From contig JBHGAY010000001.1 in the NCBI GenBank assembly GCA_041946735.1, positions 1 to 64,000 of the forward strand: 64,000 nt of DNA, written 5' to 3'. The position numbers and the translations under genes were made by a program. Under the pieces are notes generated by a model. It was given only the letters and a program-made list of their open reading frames with translations. It was not told where the DNA came from and searched no databases. Of this stretch, positions 36,442 to 46,196 are shown piece by piece. Positions within the stretch are counted from its first letter, which is position 1, and the number at the start of each line of letters is the position of its first letter. This DNA comes from Candidatus Eiseniibacteriota bacterium (GTDB lineage: Bacteria > Eisenbacteria > RBG-16-71-46 > CAIMUX01 > VGJL01).

Positions 36442-38163
36442 ATGAGCAGCGCGCAGAACGACCCGTCCACCGCGGCCGCCTCTCCCGCGGCGATCGCCGC
36501 CGCGCCGCAATCGCCGGAATCGGCGCAGGCCGCCGCCGGCGCCCCTCGCGTGCGAACGATCCTCGGCATCCATCCGCTGAAGCTCGTCTTCGCGCTCGAG
36601 TACGTGCTGCAGGGACTCGCGAATCCGTTCCAGGGGATCACCTATCAGCCGTTCTTCCGGCACTTCCGCTTCGACTACGGAATGAGCGAGGCGGCGACCC
36701 AGGGGCTCTTCGCGAAGTCGTATCTCGCCTGGAGCTTCAAGCCACTCCTCGGCTTCCTCATCGATGCCTACGGCCGGACGAAGACGATCCTGATCGGTCT
36801 CTTGTCCGCCGCGATCCTCGGCTACGTGCTCACCCCGCTCCTCGACAAGACCGCGATGATGTTCTTCTGGTTCATGTTCGGGTTGTCGATCATCCTCGCC
36901 GCGACCGACGTCTCGGTCGACCGCGCGACGGTGATCGCGGGGGACGAGGAAGCGAGGGCGACCGGAAGATCGAAGTCGACGACGGTCGGACTCAACCAGG
37001 CGATCTGCTGGACCGCGATCTACGGGACCGGGATTCTCGCCGCCGTGCTTGGCGGCTACTTCTCGGAGCACGTGCCGTTCGACGGGCTGATGGTCGGGCT
37101 CGCCCTCGTGCCGCTGCTGGTCCTCGCGGTCGTCCTCCTGCTTCCGCGCGACCGCGCGAATCCGATCCCGCTCAAGCGGTCGGTCCTGGGCTTCTGGACC
37201 GGCCTGAACTCGGGACCGATCCTGGGCGTCATGCTCTTCTACTTCATCTTCCACTTCCAGCCCGCGATGGGAGCGCTCTGGAACAACTATCTGATCGAGA
37301 CGCTCGGCTTCACCCAGACGCAGATCGGAATCTCCGACGGCGTGACCTATGTCGGCTACTTCGCGGGGGTGCTGCTGTTCGCCTGGAAAGGGGTGCGGTG
37401 GCAGGATCGCTTCGGGCTGCGGAAGATGTTCCGGATCTACATCCTCGTGAGCATCGGGATCAACCTGACGCAGTACGTGATGGTCGATCCCTGGTTCAGC
37501 ACGATCGCCGGGGGCGTCCATCGGGTCCTGCCGTTCTGGAGCGAAGCGACGACGAGGCTGCTGACGCTCGCCGTCTACAACGGGCTGATGGCGATCGGCA
37601 TCGCGTCGATCCGCATGAGCACCTACTCGCTGGTCGGCGCGATCATCCCGGTCGCCGCGGCGGGAAGCCTCTTCGCCGGATTCATGTCGGTGGCGAACCT
37701 CGCCTACTCGTTCTGCTATTCGAGCGGCGCGTGGCTCTACGACCATGGAATGCGCTTGGGAGCGCTGCGCGGACTCCAGGCGACGCTGTTCGGTCTGCCG
37801 GGCAGCGCGGCCGATCACCTCTCCGTGAACATGCTGATCCTGGTGGGCTCCCTCGCCTACCTGCTGAGCTTCGTCACCGTCCATCTGCTGCCCGACCGCA
37901 AGCAGACGCTGGCGACGGCAGACGAGGAGGAGCGCTACCCGGGTCCGGAGCGCTGGGACGTGCTTCCGGCCGGTCCACGCCGCGCGATCGACGCCGGGAC
38001 GATCGTGGCCGGCGCCGCCACCTTCCTGATCGCCTGGCGCTGGGCGAACCTCGACTTCATCTCGGGGGTGATGGTCAGCTTCTTCGGCTTCACGCTGATC
38101 CGGAAGGTGATCCTCGACACGCTGCTCCGATCGGGCGCGGGAGGAATGCGGACGGCCGGATAG
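36442..38163 (+). CDS. MFS-type membrane transporter (BT1/folate-biopterin-like)
   Basis: AWSFKPLLGFLID, AATDVSVD; many TM segments; GGAGG SD. Confidence 0.75.
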   Translation: MSSAQNDPSTAAASPAAIAAAPQSPESAQAAAGAPRVRTILGIHPLKLVFALEYVLQGLANPFQGITYQPFFRHFRFDYGMSEAATQGLFAKSYLAWSFKPLLGFLIDAYGRTKTILIGLLSAAILGYVLTPLLDKTAMMFFWFMFGLSIILAATDVSVDRATVIAGDEEARATGRSKSTTVGLNQAICWTAIYGTGILAAVLGGYFSEHVPFDGLMVGLALVPLLVLAVVLLLPRDRANPIPLKRSVLGFWTGLNSGPILGVMLFYFIFHFQPAMGALWNNYLIETLGFTQTQIGISDGVTYVGYFAGVLLFAWKGVRWQDRFGLRKMFRIYILVSIGINLTQYVMVDPWFSTIAGGVHRVLPFWSEATTRLLTLAVYNGLMAIGIASIRMSTYSLVGAIIPVAAAGSLFAGFMSVANLAYSFCYSSGAWLYDHGMRLGALRGLQATLFGLPGSAADHLSVNMLILVGSLAYLLSFVTVHLLPDRKQTLATADEEERYPGPERWDVLPAGPRRAIDAGTIVAGAATFLIAWRWANLDFISGVMVSFFGFTLIRKVILDTLLRSGAGGMRTAG

Positions 38164-38181
38164 TCGGGACGGCGGAATGGC

Positions 38182-40743
38182 CTAGAGAGCAGCGAGCTTC
38201 TCGCGCACCTCCGCCGCCTCCGGCCGGTCGGGATAGAGCGCGAGGAACCGGCCCCACATCGAACGGCATCGCTCGCGATCGCCGGAGGAGAAGGCGAGCC
38301 CGCCGAGGTTCAGGAGGGCGAGCGGGTGGTCGGCCCTCTCCTCGAGGAGCATCTGCCAGATCGCCGCCGCCGCGTCGCCACCTGTTTCGCCCGCGCCGAC
38401 TTCGCCACCGTCTTCAGCGCCGCCTGCGCCGCCGTCTGCCACGCCGCCTCCACTGCCGTCTCCCGAGCCTCCCGCCTGCAGGATGCGCACCGCCTGATGG
38501 TTCAGATCCTCGGGCGTGAGCTGCCCGGCGCGCAGCAGACCGCGCCAGAGCGGAAGGCCGCGCGATGCCCGCCCGGTCGCGGCGAAGAACGACGCGAGGT
38601 CGCGGGCGATCGCGGCCGCGGCTGGCGAAGCGCGGAGCGCCTGCTCGGGCGCCGGGGGGGACGGCGACAGCGACGGCGACAGCGACGACGACAGCGAGGA
38701 CGACAGCAGTCGCACTGCCGGCTCGTACGTCTCGCGATCCTCCGTCATCGCCTCCCACGCCCGCGTCGCTTCCGGCAGCTCGTCGAGCCGGAGAAGCTCC
38801 TCGAGTCGGAGGCGTCGGACCTCGGCGAGCCGCTCGGTCCCTGCCTGTTCCAACGCGGCGTGCATGCCTGCCGCAAGGCGCAGCGCCTCCTCGCGCCGCT
38901 GCCAAGCGAGGCCCGACCGCAAGTCGATCGCGGCCTCGTGGAGCGAGCGCGCCCGGTCGAGGATCCCGGCGCTCGTCGTCCCTCCGCGCGCGAGGGTGTC
39001 CCGGTAAAGGACGACCGCCTCCCCTTCCTCGCCGCGGCGCAGGAGCATGTCGGCCAGGCTCAGCCGCGCTTCGTCCGATTCGGGATGGAACGCCATCTCG
39101 CGGCGGTAGGCGGCCTCTGCCGAGTCGGCCCGGCCGCTCAGGTCGAAAAGATTCCCGAGAGTGAGCTGCGCGCCGCGCAGGCGCGGATCGCGGCGAAGCG
39201 CCTCGCCGATCGCGCGCGTCGCCTCGGGAAGGCGTCCCGAGCTTCCGTATTCCGTCGCGAGACTGACCCAGGACTCGACGCGGTCCGGGTCGGCCTCCAC
39301 CTGGCGCGTGAGAAGCGCCTCCTCGGAGACGAGCGGGGCGGCGCGCGCCGGGACGCGGAAGAGCCCGATCAGGGCGAGCAGGAAGACCGCCGCCGGAATC
39401 GCGGGAGCCGGAAGCCTGCGGCGCACCGCGAAGGAGCCCGCGAGCGACTGCGCGCCGGCGGCGACGGCGAGCGCGAAGCCTGCGGACGGGACGTAGAGCC
39501 AGTACTCCGTCACGATCGCCCGGAAGACGAGAGGCGCGAGATGCGATACCGGCAGCAGGCTCACGACGATCCAGCCGAGGCCGAGACCGGCCGCATGCCC
39601 CCGCCGGATCAGCAGGATCGCGCCGGCGATCGTCGCGCCGAGCACAGGCAGTCCCAACAGAACGCGCGGATCGAGAAAAGAGGCGACCGGCGGGAACGAG
39701 ACCTCGAGCGCCAAGGCTCCGGGCAGCAGCAGAGCCTTGGCGTACCAGAGGAAGGCGGCCGGCAGGATCGCGGGCCGCAGCGAGCCGCTCGCCGACCGCG
39801 CCCCCGCCTGCAGATCGGGCAGGCCCAGGATCGCCGCGCGGAAGACCAGCAGGAGAACAGCGGCGGCTGCCGTAGCGGCAAGCTCCGCCCACGGCCAGGC
39901 GGGGACGGCGGCTGGGACCGTGGCGGAGGCGGCGCGGCCCTCCCGCTTCTCGCCCGCGGGCGCCCGCCGCGCCTGCGAGCGCCGCAGCCACGCGTGCAGC
40001 AGGAGCAGCCCCGGCAGCGAGAAGGCCATCTCCTTCGAGAGCAGGGCGAGGACGAACGCGACGAGCCCGACGGCGAGATCCGCCCTCGCCTTCCATCGGC
40101 CGGCAGCCTGGCCCTCCGACGCCCGCGAGGCGGCTCCGGCGTCCATCGACCGGTCGATCGCGACCGAGAGGCGGTCGTAGGCGAGGAGCAGGAAGACGGC
40201 GCAGAGCAGGTCGGTCCGGCCCGAGATCCAGGCGACGCTTGCGACATGGACCGGGTGTGTCGCGAACAAGAGAGCGCCGGCGAGCGCGAACGGCCGGCGG
40301 AGGCCGAGGCGCAAGAGGATCGAGCAGACGAGAAGGCTCGCCAAGGCGTGCAGCAGCAGGTTCGTGGCGTGAAAGGCCCGTGGGCTGCCGCCGCCGATCC
40401 GCGCGTCGAGCGCGTAGGAAAGAGTGACGAGCGGGCGGTAGTAGTCCTTCTCCTCGCCCGGCAGAGCGCCGTACGCGCCCCCCTTCCAGAACGGCGACGT
40501 GAACGCGTCCGCGACGGGGAGGCTGCGCGTGTAGGACGGCAGGCGGTCGACGATCAGATGGCGGTCGTCGCTGACGAACCCGTAGCGAAGCGATCCGCCG
40601 AAGGCGAGCAGGCAGGCCAGGAGGATCGAGCCGGTCGCGATCCAGCGGAACGCTCGCGCCCCTCCGTCGACGGCCGCGCCCGCCCCCTTCCCCGCTTCCC
40701 TCGCTTCTTCAGCCGCCGGCGGGCGGCCCTTCGCCCGTGCCAT
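38182..40743 (-). CDS. TMTC-like GT-C glycosyltransferase (putative protein O-mannosyltransferase) with C-terminal TPRs
   Basis: GFVSDD, YYRPL, FHATNLLLH, LFATHPVH..VAWISGR.DLL, ALLSKE, WLYVPS; TPR tail. Confidence 0.85.
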   Translation of the reverse strand: MARAKGRPPAAEEAREAGKGAGAAVDGGARAFRWIATGSILLACLLAFGGSLRYGFVSDDRHLIVDRLPSYTRSLPVADAFTSPFWKGGAYGALPGEEKDYYRPLVTLSYALDARIGGGSPRAFHATNLLLHALASLLVCSILLRLGLRRPFALAGALLFATHPVHVASVAWISGRTDLLCAVFLLLAYDRLSVAIDRSMDAGAASRASEGQAAGRWKARADLAVGLVAFVLALLSKEMAFSLPGLLLLHAWLRRSQARRAPAGEKREGRAASATVPAAVPAWPWAELAATAAAAVLLLVFRAAILGLPDLQAGARSASGSLRPAILPAAFLWYAKALLLPGALALEVSFPPVASFLDPRVLLGLPVLGATIAGAILLIRRGHAAGLGLGWIVVSLLPVSHLAPLVFRAIVTEYWLYVPSAGFALAVAAGAQSLAGSFAVRRRLPAPAIPAAVFLLALIGLFRVPARAAPLVSEEALLTRQVEADPDRVESWVSLATEYGSSGRLPEATRAIGEALRRDPRLRGAQLTLGNLFDLSGRADSAEAAYRREMAFHPESDEARLSLADMLLRRGEEGEAVVLYRDTLARGGTTSAGILDRARSLHEAAIDLRSGLAWQRREEALRLAAGMHAALEQAGTERLAEVRRLRLEELLRLDELPEATRAWEAMTEDRETYEPAVRLLSSSLSSSLSPSLSPSPPAPEQALRASPAAAAIARDLASFFAATGRASRGLPLWRGLLRAGQLTPEDLNHQAVRILQAGGSGDGSGGGVADGGAGGAEDGGEVGAGETGGDAAAAIWQMLLEERADHPLALLNLGGLAFSSGDRERCRSMWGRFLALYPDRPEAAEVREKLAAL

Positions 40744-40773
40744 CTGTCCGTCCCCTCCGTCCTTCGACGCGCC

Positions 40774-42480
40774 TCAGCGCGAACCGGCCGTCGCCCGGCC
40801 GCCGCCGCCCGGGGCGGCGGACGCGCGGCGATCGAGCCGCACGCGCACGAGCGCCACGCCGACGAGGTAGAGGGCGAGCAGGATCAGCGCGATCGCAGCC
40901 AGTCCATTGACCATCTCGAGGTTCAGGCCACGGGCGGCGCGGAAGTTCGCGATCCCGAGCCGCAGGAGAGCGGTCAGCGTCGCGGCCAGCACGAAGAGCA
41001 TCGGCAGCAACGTGAACGCGATCCGCTTGCGGGCGCGATGGAGCCAGTAGGTGACGGCGAGCAGCGTCAGCGCCGCGAGGAGCTGGTTCGAGGCGCCGAA
41101 GAGCGTCCAGAACTTCGCCCAGCTCCCCGCGCTCGTCGCGAGCAGGAAATAGAGCGGCAGTGCAGCGGTGATCAGCGTGCCGGCGAGCGCGCCCCACCGT
41201 CCCCGCCATCCGGTCAGCTCCTGCAGAATGTAGCGGCCGAGCCGCATGCAGACGTCGAGCGTGTCGAAGACGAACGTCGAGAACGCCATCGCGCCGAAGG
41301 TGACGGCGAACGCCAGGTTCTTCTCGCCGACCAGGAGCGTGAGGAAGCGGCCGATTCCGTTGCCGTAGATCGTTCCGGGAGCCAGGCCGGCCAGATTCCG
41401 GGGCGCGACGATCATGATCGTCACGAGCGCGATCAGCGCTACGAACCCTTCGGCCAGCATTGCGCCGTAGCCGATCGGCTTCATGTGGCTCTCGCGCGCG
41501 ATCTGCTTCGACGTCGTCCCCGAGCAGACGAGGCCGTGGAATCCCGAACAGGCGCCGCAGGCGATCGTCACGAACAGGAACGGGAAGAGCGCGCCGGTCA
41601 TTCCCCCCACGTCCCAGGAGCGGAAGGCCGGCTGCTGGATCGAGTAGCCGCCGAAGAGCACGCCGATCACGCCGGCCGCGAGCGCGGAGTACAGGACGAA
41701 CCCTCCGAGATACCCGCGCGGCTGCAGGAGCGACCAGACCGGGACGACGGAGGCGACGCAGCAGTAGGCGAGGATCAGCAACGCCCAGGTGCGATGGTCG
41801 AGAAGCAGCACGTGGGAGACGTGCGTCCCGAGCCATGCAAGCCCGAAGGTGGCGGGCACGAAGACGAGGGTGGCCAGCCAGAGAGGCGGCTTCAGGAAAC
41901 GGTTGACGATCCCCAGGACGACGGCGAGGGCGAGGTAGAGCACGCTCGCCGCCGCGACCGCGCCGCCGGGATGGAAGGAAACGCCTCCTTGCCGCAGCTC
42001 TTCGGTCCCGGCGACGAAACTGCCCGCCGTGATGTCGGAGAACGCGACGATCACGTAGACCAGGGCGATCCAGATGAAGACCAGGATTGCGCGTCCCGCT
42101 CCGGTCCCGAGGTGCTCGCGCGTGATCTCGGCGATCGATTGCGCGCCGTGCCGCACGGAAGCCGCGAGGCTCGTGAAGTCGTGGACCGCGCCGATCAGCA
42201 CGACTCCGAAGCCGATCCAGATCAGACACGGCAGCCACCCGAAGGCCTGGCAAGCGAGGATCGGGCCGGCGATCGGCCCGGCGGCGGCGATGGCGGAGAA
42301 GTGCTGGGCGAAGAGGTAGAACGGAGGGGTCGGCACGAAGTCCACTCCGTCGTTCACGGTCCGCGCCGGGGTCGTGCGCGCGTCGTCGACCGCGAGTTGC
42401 CGCGCGATCCAGCGCCCATAGAGCTGGTAGGCAAGGACGAGGACGACGAGGAATCCCACCGCGAGAATCGTCAAAGACAT
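40774..42480 (-). CDS. cstA: Carbon starvation protein A family transporter
   Basis: TPA..NDGVDFVP, HFSAIAAAGPIAGPI, GAVHDF, PVWSLLQPRGY, FVTIACGACSGFH, GYGAML.EG, WTLFGASNQLLA. Confidence 0.95.
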   Translation of the reverse strand: MSLTILAVGFLVVLVLAYQLYGRWIARQLAVDDARTTPARTVNDGVDFVPTPPFYLFAQHFSAIAAAGPIAGPILACQAFGWLPCLIWIGFGVVLIGAVHDFTSLAASVRHGAQSIAEITREHLGTGAGRAILVFIWIALVYVIVAFSDITAGSFVAGTEELRQGGVSFHPGGAVAAASVLYLALAVVLGIVNRFLKPPLWLATLVFVPATFGLAWLGTHVSHVLLLDHRTWALLILAYCCVASVVPVWSLLQPRGYLGGFVLYSALAAGVIGVLFGGYSIQQPAFRSWDVGGMTGALFPFLFVTIACGACSGFHGLVCSGTTSKQIARESHMKPIGYGAMLAEGFVALIALVTIMIVAPRNLAGLAPGTIYGNGIGRFLTLLVGEKNLAFAVTFGAMAFSTFVFDTLDVCMRLGRYILQELTGWRGRWGALAGTLITAALPLYFLLATSAGSWAKFWTLFGASNQLLAALTLLAVTYWLHRARKRIAFTLLPMLFVLAATLTALLRLGIANFRAARGLNLEMVNGLAAIALILLALYLVGVALVRVRLDRRASAAPGGGGRATAGSR

Positions 42481-42488
42481 GACGCGCC

Positions 42489-42518
42489 AGTATGCGCTTC
42501 GCTCCCGGGGACGGTCAA
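42489..42518 (-). promoter_or_regulatory. Putative sigma70 promoter TTGACC-N18-CATACT, 8 nt before the cstA ATG (near-leaderless)
   Basis: Hexamers and spacing read directly; no SD. Confidence 0.6.
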
Positions 42519-42671
42519 CGAACAGAAACCCGATGACGGGCGCCGGCCGGTGTGCGACGATCCCGGCGCCGGTCGTGACCCCGGCGCTCGACCTTCGGTC
42601 TTGGTGCGAAGCTCCTCGAGACGGGAGAGGAGGCCGGAGGGAGAGGCGGCCGGCATGAGGTCGGTGCACGC

Positions 42672-44249
42672 ATGAGACTCGAGGCTCGCCTCGCCCTGAT
42701 CCTGGTCGGTGTCGTCGCACTCGCCGGCCTCGGCGCGCTCACCGCCCTGCTCGCCGCCCGCTCGCTCGGAGAGACGATGGAGGAGATCATCACCTCCAAC
42801 GTCTCCAGCGTGCGAGCCGCCGAGGAGCTGGAGATCTCCCTGCTCGAGCAGCGCGGTCTCACCTCCGCTTTCCTCCTGGACGACGGCAACGAGGCGTGGC
42901 TCCAGGAGCTCGAGACCCGCCGGGCCGAGTTCGAGAAGTGGCTCGCCCGCGCCCGCGCGGCCGCCCGTGAGCCGGAGGAGCATCGGATCCTTGCGGATCT
43001 CGGCACGACCTACCTGCGCTACGACGCGGTGCGCGACAGGGTGCTGGAGACCTACCGGAGAGGGGAGAAAGACCAGGCGCGCCGGCTGCAGCTCGGCTCC
43101 GTCAAGGAGCTGTCCGAGGCGACCTACCAGCTTTCCGAAGCGCTCATCGCGACGAACGAGCGGGCGATGGACCGGAGCGTCCAGGCGGCCCGCCGGAAGA
43201 TCGCCCGCACCACGCTTCTCGTCTCGGGATCGCTGGGCCTGACGATCCTCGGAAGCCTGGCGCTCCTCCTCGCGTTCGTGCGAGGCGTGCTCAATCCGGT
43301 CCGCCGTCTCGCTCGTGAGGCGCGGGAGGCGCGCGGCGAGGAGGCGCCTTCCCGGCTCGCGGGTCCCGAGGACGAGCTGCGCGAGGTCGGCCGCTACCTG
43401 CGCGATCTCGTCAGCGACGTGGAGGAGTCCCGCGAACAGATCGAGCGAAGCCGGGTCCATCTGGAGAGCGCCGAGAAGCTGGCGAGCGTCGGCAAGCTGG
43501 CGGCGAGCGTGGCGCACGAGATCCGCAATCCCCTGACCTCGATCCGCATGCGGCTCTACACGCTTCGCCATCAGATCGGCAGCGGTGGTAGCGGCGGAGG
43601 AGGCGGCAGCGCTGGGGGAAGTGGCGGTCGTGGCGGCGGCGGCGGGATCGATGGGGCCGGCGGAGTCGACCTCGCCGATCAAGCGGAGGACTTCGAGGTC
43701 ATCGACTCGGAACTGCGGCGGCTCGAGTCGATCGTGCACAACTTCCTCGAGTTTTCCCGTCCCCCGCAGCTCTCGCCTCGCGTCGAGCCGATCCCCCCGC
43801 TGATCGAACAGACGCTCGAGCTGATGGAGCCCTGGCTCGAGTCCCGTCGCGTCCGCGTCCACTGCGATCTCGAGACGGACCTTCCCCGCGTCTTCGCCGA
43901 CGCCGCGCAGATCCGCCAGGTCTTCGTGAACCTGATCCGCAACGCGGTCGAGGCAATGCCCGAGGGAGGGGAGCTGACCGTGACCGGTTGCGCCGCACGC
44001 AATCCGTCCGGATCGGACGGCGTCGCGCTGCGCTTCGAGGACACCGGGCCGGGGATCGCGGACGAGGCGCGGGAGCGTATCTTCGATCCGTTCTTCACGA
44101 CGAAGGCGGAGGGAACCGGCCTGGGGTTGACGATCGCCGCCTGGATCGTCGCCCGGCACGAGGGTCGCCTGGACCTCGAGGGGACCGGGCCGCGCGGAAG
44201 CCGATTCTCCCTTTGGCTGCCCTCCGCAGCCGCGCATCGGGAGGGATGA
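42672..44249 (+). CDS. Sensor histidine kinase (TM - four-helix-bundle sensor - TM - HAMP - HisKA - HATPase)
   Basis: AHEIRNPL, NLIRNA, DTGPGI, FFTTK.EGTGLGL. Confidence 0.95.
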   Translation: MRLEARLALILVGVVALAGLGALTALLAARSLGETMEEIITSNVSSVRAAEELEISLLEQRGLTSAFLLDDGNEAWLQELETRRAEFEKWLARARAAAREPEEHRILADLGTTYLRYDAVRDRVLETYRRGEKDQARRLQLGSVKELSEATYQLSEALIATNERAMDRSVQAARRKIARTTLLVSGSLGLTILGSLALLLAFVRGVLNPVRRLAREAREARGEEAPSRLAGPEDELREVGRYLRDLVSDVEESREQIERSRVHLESAEKLASVGKLAASVAHEIRNPLTSIRMRLYTLRHQIGSGGSGGGGGSAGGSGGRGGGGGIDGAGGVDLADQAEDFEVIDSELRRLESIVHNFLEFSRPPQLSPRVEPIPPLIEQTLELMEPWLESRRVRVHCDLETDLPRVFADAAQIRQVFVNLIRNAVEAMPEGGELTVTGCAARNPSGSDGVALRFEDTGPGIADEARERIFDPFFTTKAEGTGLGLTIAAWIVARHEGRLDLEGTGPRGSRFSLWLPSAAAHREG

Positions 44250-45781
44250 TGAGCCGTATCGTAGTCGTCGACGACGAGCCGCAGATCCTCGCCTCGTTCG
44301 CGAAGCTGCTGCGCAGCCGCGGCCACGAGGTCGAGACGTACCGGCGGGCCGAGGAGGGAATGGAGGCGATCTCGCGCGAGGTCCCCGATCTGCTCGTGAT
44401 GGACATCCGTCTGCCGGGGATGAATGGGCTCGACGCCCTTCGCCGAACGCACGAGATCCATCCGCGCCTCCCCGTGATCTTGATGACCGGCTACGGGACG
44501 ATGCAGACGGCGGTCGAGGCGACGAAGCGCGGCGCGTTCGACTATCAGCTGAAGCCGTTCGATCCGGAGAAGCTGATCGAGGCGATCGATCGCGCGCTGG
44601 CCGGAGCGCGCCTGATGCGCCGGCCGGTCGAGCTGGATCCGGTGGCGCCGCCGGAGCAGGGAGACGCGTTGATCGGCCAGTCGGCCGCGATGCAGGAGGT
44701 GTACAAGACGATCGGCCGCGTCGCTCCCACCGACGCGACGGTGCTGATCCGCGGCGAGACCGGCACCGGGAAGGAGCTGGTCGCGCGCGCGATCTACCAG
44801 CACAGCCGGCGCAGCGCGGCGCCGCTCGTCGCGGTCAACTGCGCCGCGATCCCGGAGACCCTGCTCGAGAGCGAGCTGTTCGGGCACGAGCGCGGGGCCT
44901 ACACCGGAGCGGTCGCCAGCCGCATCGGCCGCTTCGAGCAGGCGCAAGGAGGCACGCTCTTCCTCGACGAGATCGGAGAGCTGCCCTCGCTCGTGCAGGC
45001 GAAGGTGCTGCGCGTGCTCCAGGAGAGAAGCTTCGAGAGGCTCGGCGGGACGGACACCGTGCGGGTCGACGTACGGCTCCTCGCCGCCACCAACCGCGAT
45101 CTCGAGAAGGCGATCCCCCAGGGGGAGTTCCGCGAGGACCTCTACCATCGCCTCCACGTCGTCACGATCCACCTGCCGCCGCTGCGGCAGCACCGGGAGG
45201 ACATCCCGCGCCTCGCCGCCTACTTCCTCGACCGCTTCTCGCGCGAGTTGGCGGTGGAGCGGCCGATCCTCGCGCCCGAGGCGCAGGAGACGCTGCTGGC
45301 CCATCCCTGGCCGGGCAACGTCCGGGAGCTGGAGAACGCGATCCAGCGCGCCGTGATCTTCACCCGGGGCTATCCGATCCAGAAGGCGGACATCCTGCGC
45401 GCCCTCGAAGGGGCTGCAACGCCCGGTGGGCCAACGACGGGAACGGGGACGGGGACGGGGACGGGAACGGGGACGGCGGAGGATGGGGGACGAGTGGCGA
45501 GGCCGGCTGGGACTGCCGCGGCGGGATCGGGACCGGCGCAGGCGAACGCGCCCGGCGAGGAGCCGATGCGCGCCATCGTCCGCGCGCATCTCGAAGCCCA
45601 CGCAGGGAACGAGGCGCATGAGAAGCTCCTCGATCTCGTCGACCGCCTGCTCGTCGTCGAGGCGATGCGGATCGCCGGAGGCAACCAGACGCGCGCCGCG
45701 AAGCTCCTCGGGCTCTCTCGCCCAAGCCTCCAGACGCGGCTGCAGAAGCACGGCATCAGGATGGAGCCTCGCGAGGGGTAG
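44246..45781 (+). CDS. Sigma54-dependent response regulator (NtrC/AtoC family: REC-AAA+-Fis HTH)
   Basis: VVDDE, MDIRLPG, GETGTGKEL, ESELFGHERGAYTGA, FLDEIG, WPGNVREL, GNQTRAAKLLG; ATGA overlap with the kinase. Confidence 0.96.
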   Translation: MMSRIVVVDDEPQILASFAKLLRSRGHEVETYRRAEEGMEAISREVPDLLVMDIRLPGMNGLDALRRTHEIHPRLPVILMTGYGTMQTAVEATKRGAFDYQLKPFDPEKLIEAIDRALAGARLMRRPVELDPVAPPEQGDALIGQSAAMQEVYKTIGRVAPTDATVLIRGETGTGKELVARAIYQHSRRSAAPLVAVNCAAIPETLLESELFGHERGAYTGAVASRIGRFEQAQGGTLFLDEIGELPSLVQAKVLRVLQERSFERLGGTDTVRVDVRLLAATNRDLEKAIPQGEFREDLYHRLHVVTIHLPPLRQHREDIPRLAAYFLDRFSRELAVERPILAPEAQETLLAHPWPGNVRELENAIQRAVIFTRGYPIQKADILRALEGAATPGGPTTGTGTGTGTGTGTAEDGGRVARPAGTAAAGSGPAQANAPGEEPMRAIVRAHLEAHAGNEAHEKLLDLVDRLLVVEAMRIAGGNQTRAAKLLGLSRPSLQTRLQKHGIRMEPREG

Positions 45782-45933
45782 CGCCGGATTCCCTGCGATC
45801 CGCCGGAAACCCGGCACCCGGCACGCGCACCGGCGGAAGGTTCCGCTCAAGTCGCGCGGGCGACTTCGTCGTTCGTTCGCGAAAGCTTCGTGGCTGAAGC
45901 ATCTTGCCGTTGCTCGCCCCGCATCCGCTCCTC

Positions 45934-45949
45934 TGGCACGAGGCGTGCT
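45934..45949 (+). promoter_or_regulatory. Sigma54 (-24/-12) promoter TGGCACG-AGGC-GTGCT
   Basis: GG-N10-GC spacing is exact; one mismatch to TGGCACG-N4-TTGCW; about 150 bp downstream of a sigma54 activator gene. Confidence 0.75.
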
Positions 45950-45959
45950 TCTTCCGGGA

Positions 45960-46165
45960 CGTCCTTGGTCGGCAACGACCTCGTGACGGCTCGTGGAAAC
46001 GGCCACTCCCCGGGAGCAGAAGAACCGCTGTTTCCGGGGAGGCGCCGGCGGCGAAGGCGAAGGCGGGCGTCCCGATCAGCGCGCTCGGCCCTGGGTTCGC
46101 CGCCGGCGCGTTCGTTCGTATCGGCTCGGCACCGGACTCCGAGGGGGAGAGTTTCCGAGCCCCGC
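45960..46165 (+). ncRNA. Candidate sigma54-dependent structured small RNA (~200 nt)
   Basis: Five consecutive hairpins after the promoter, including GNRA loops (GGTCG-GCAA-CGACC; CGT-GGAA-ACG) and two 14-bp stems; G-U pairs favour the + strand; no credible ORF. Confidence 0.5.
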
Positions 46166-46196
46166 TCCCACCCGTGGTTCCCGCGACCGTGCCTGC

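Noticed and set aside
38326..42675. 1449-aa plus-strand ORF
   Set aside because: Antisense shadow of the TMTC-like gene and cstA; no motifs.
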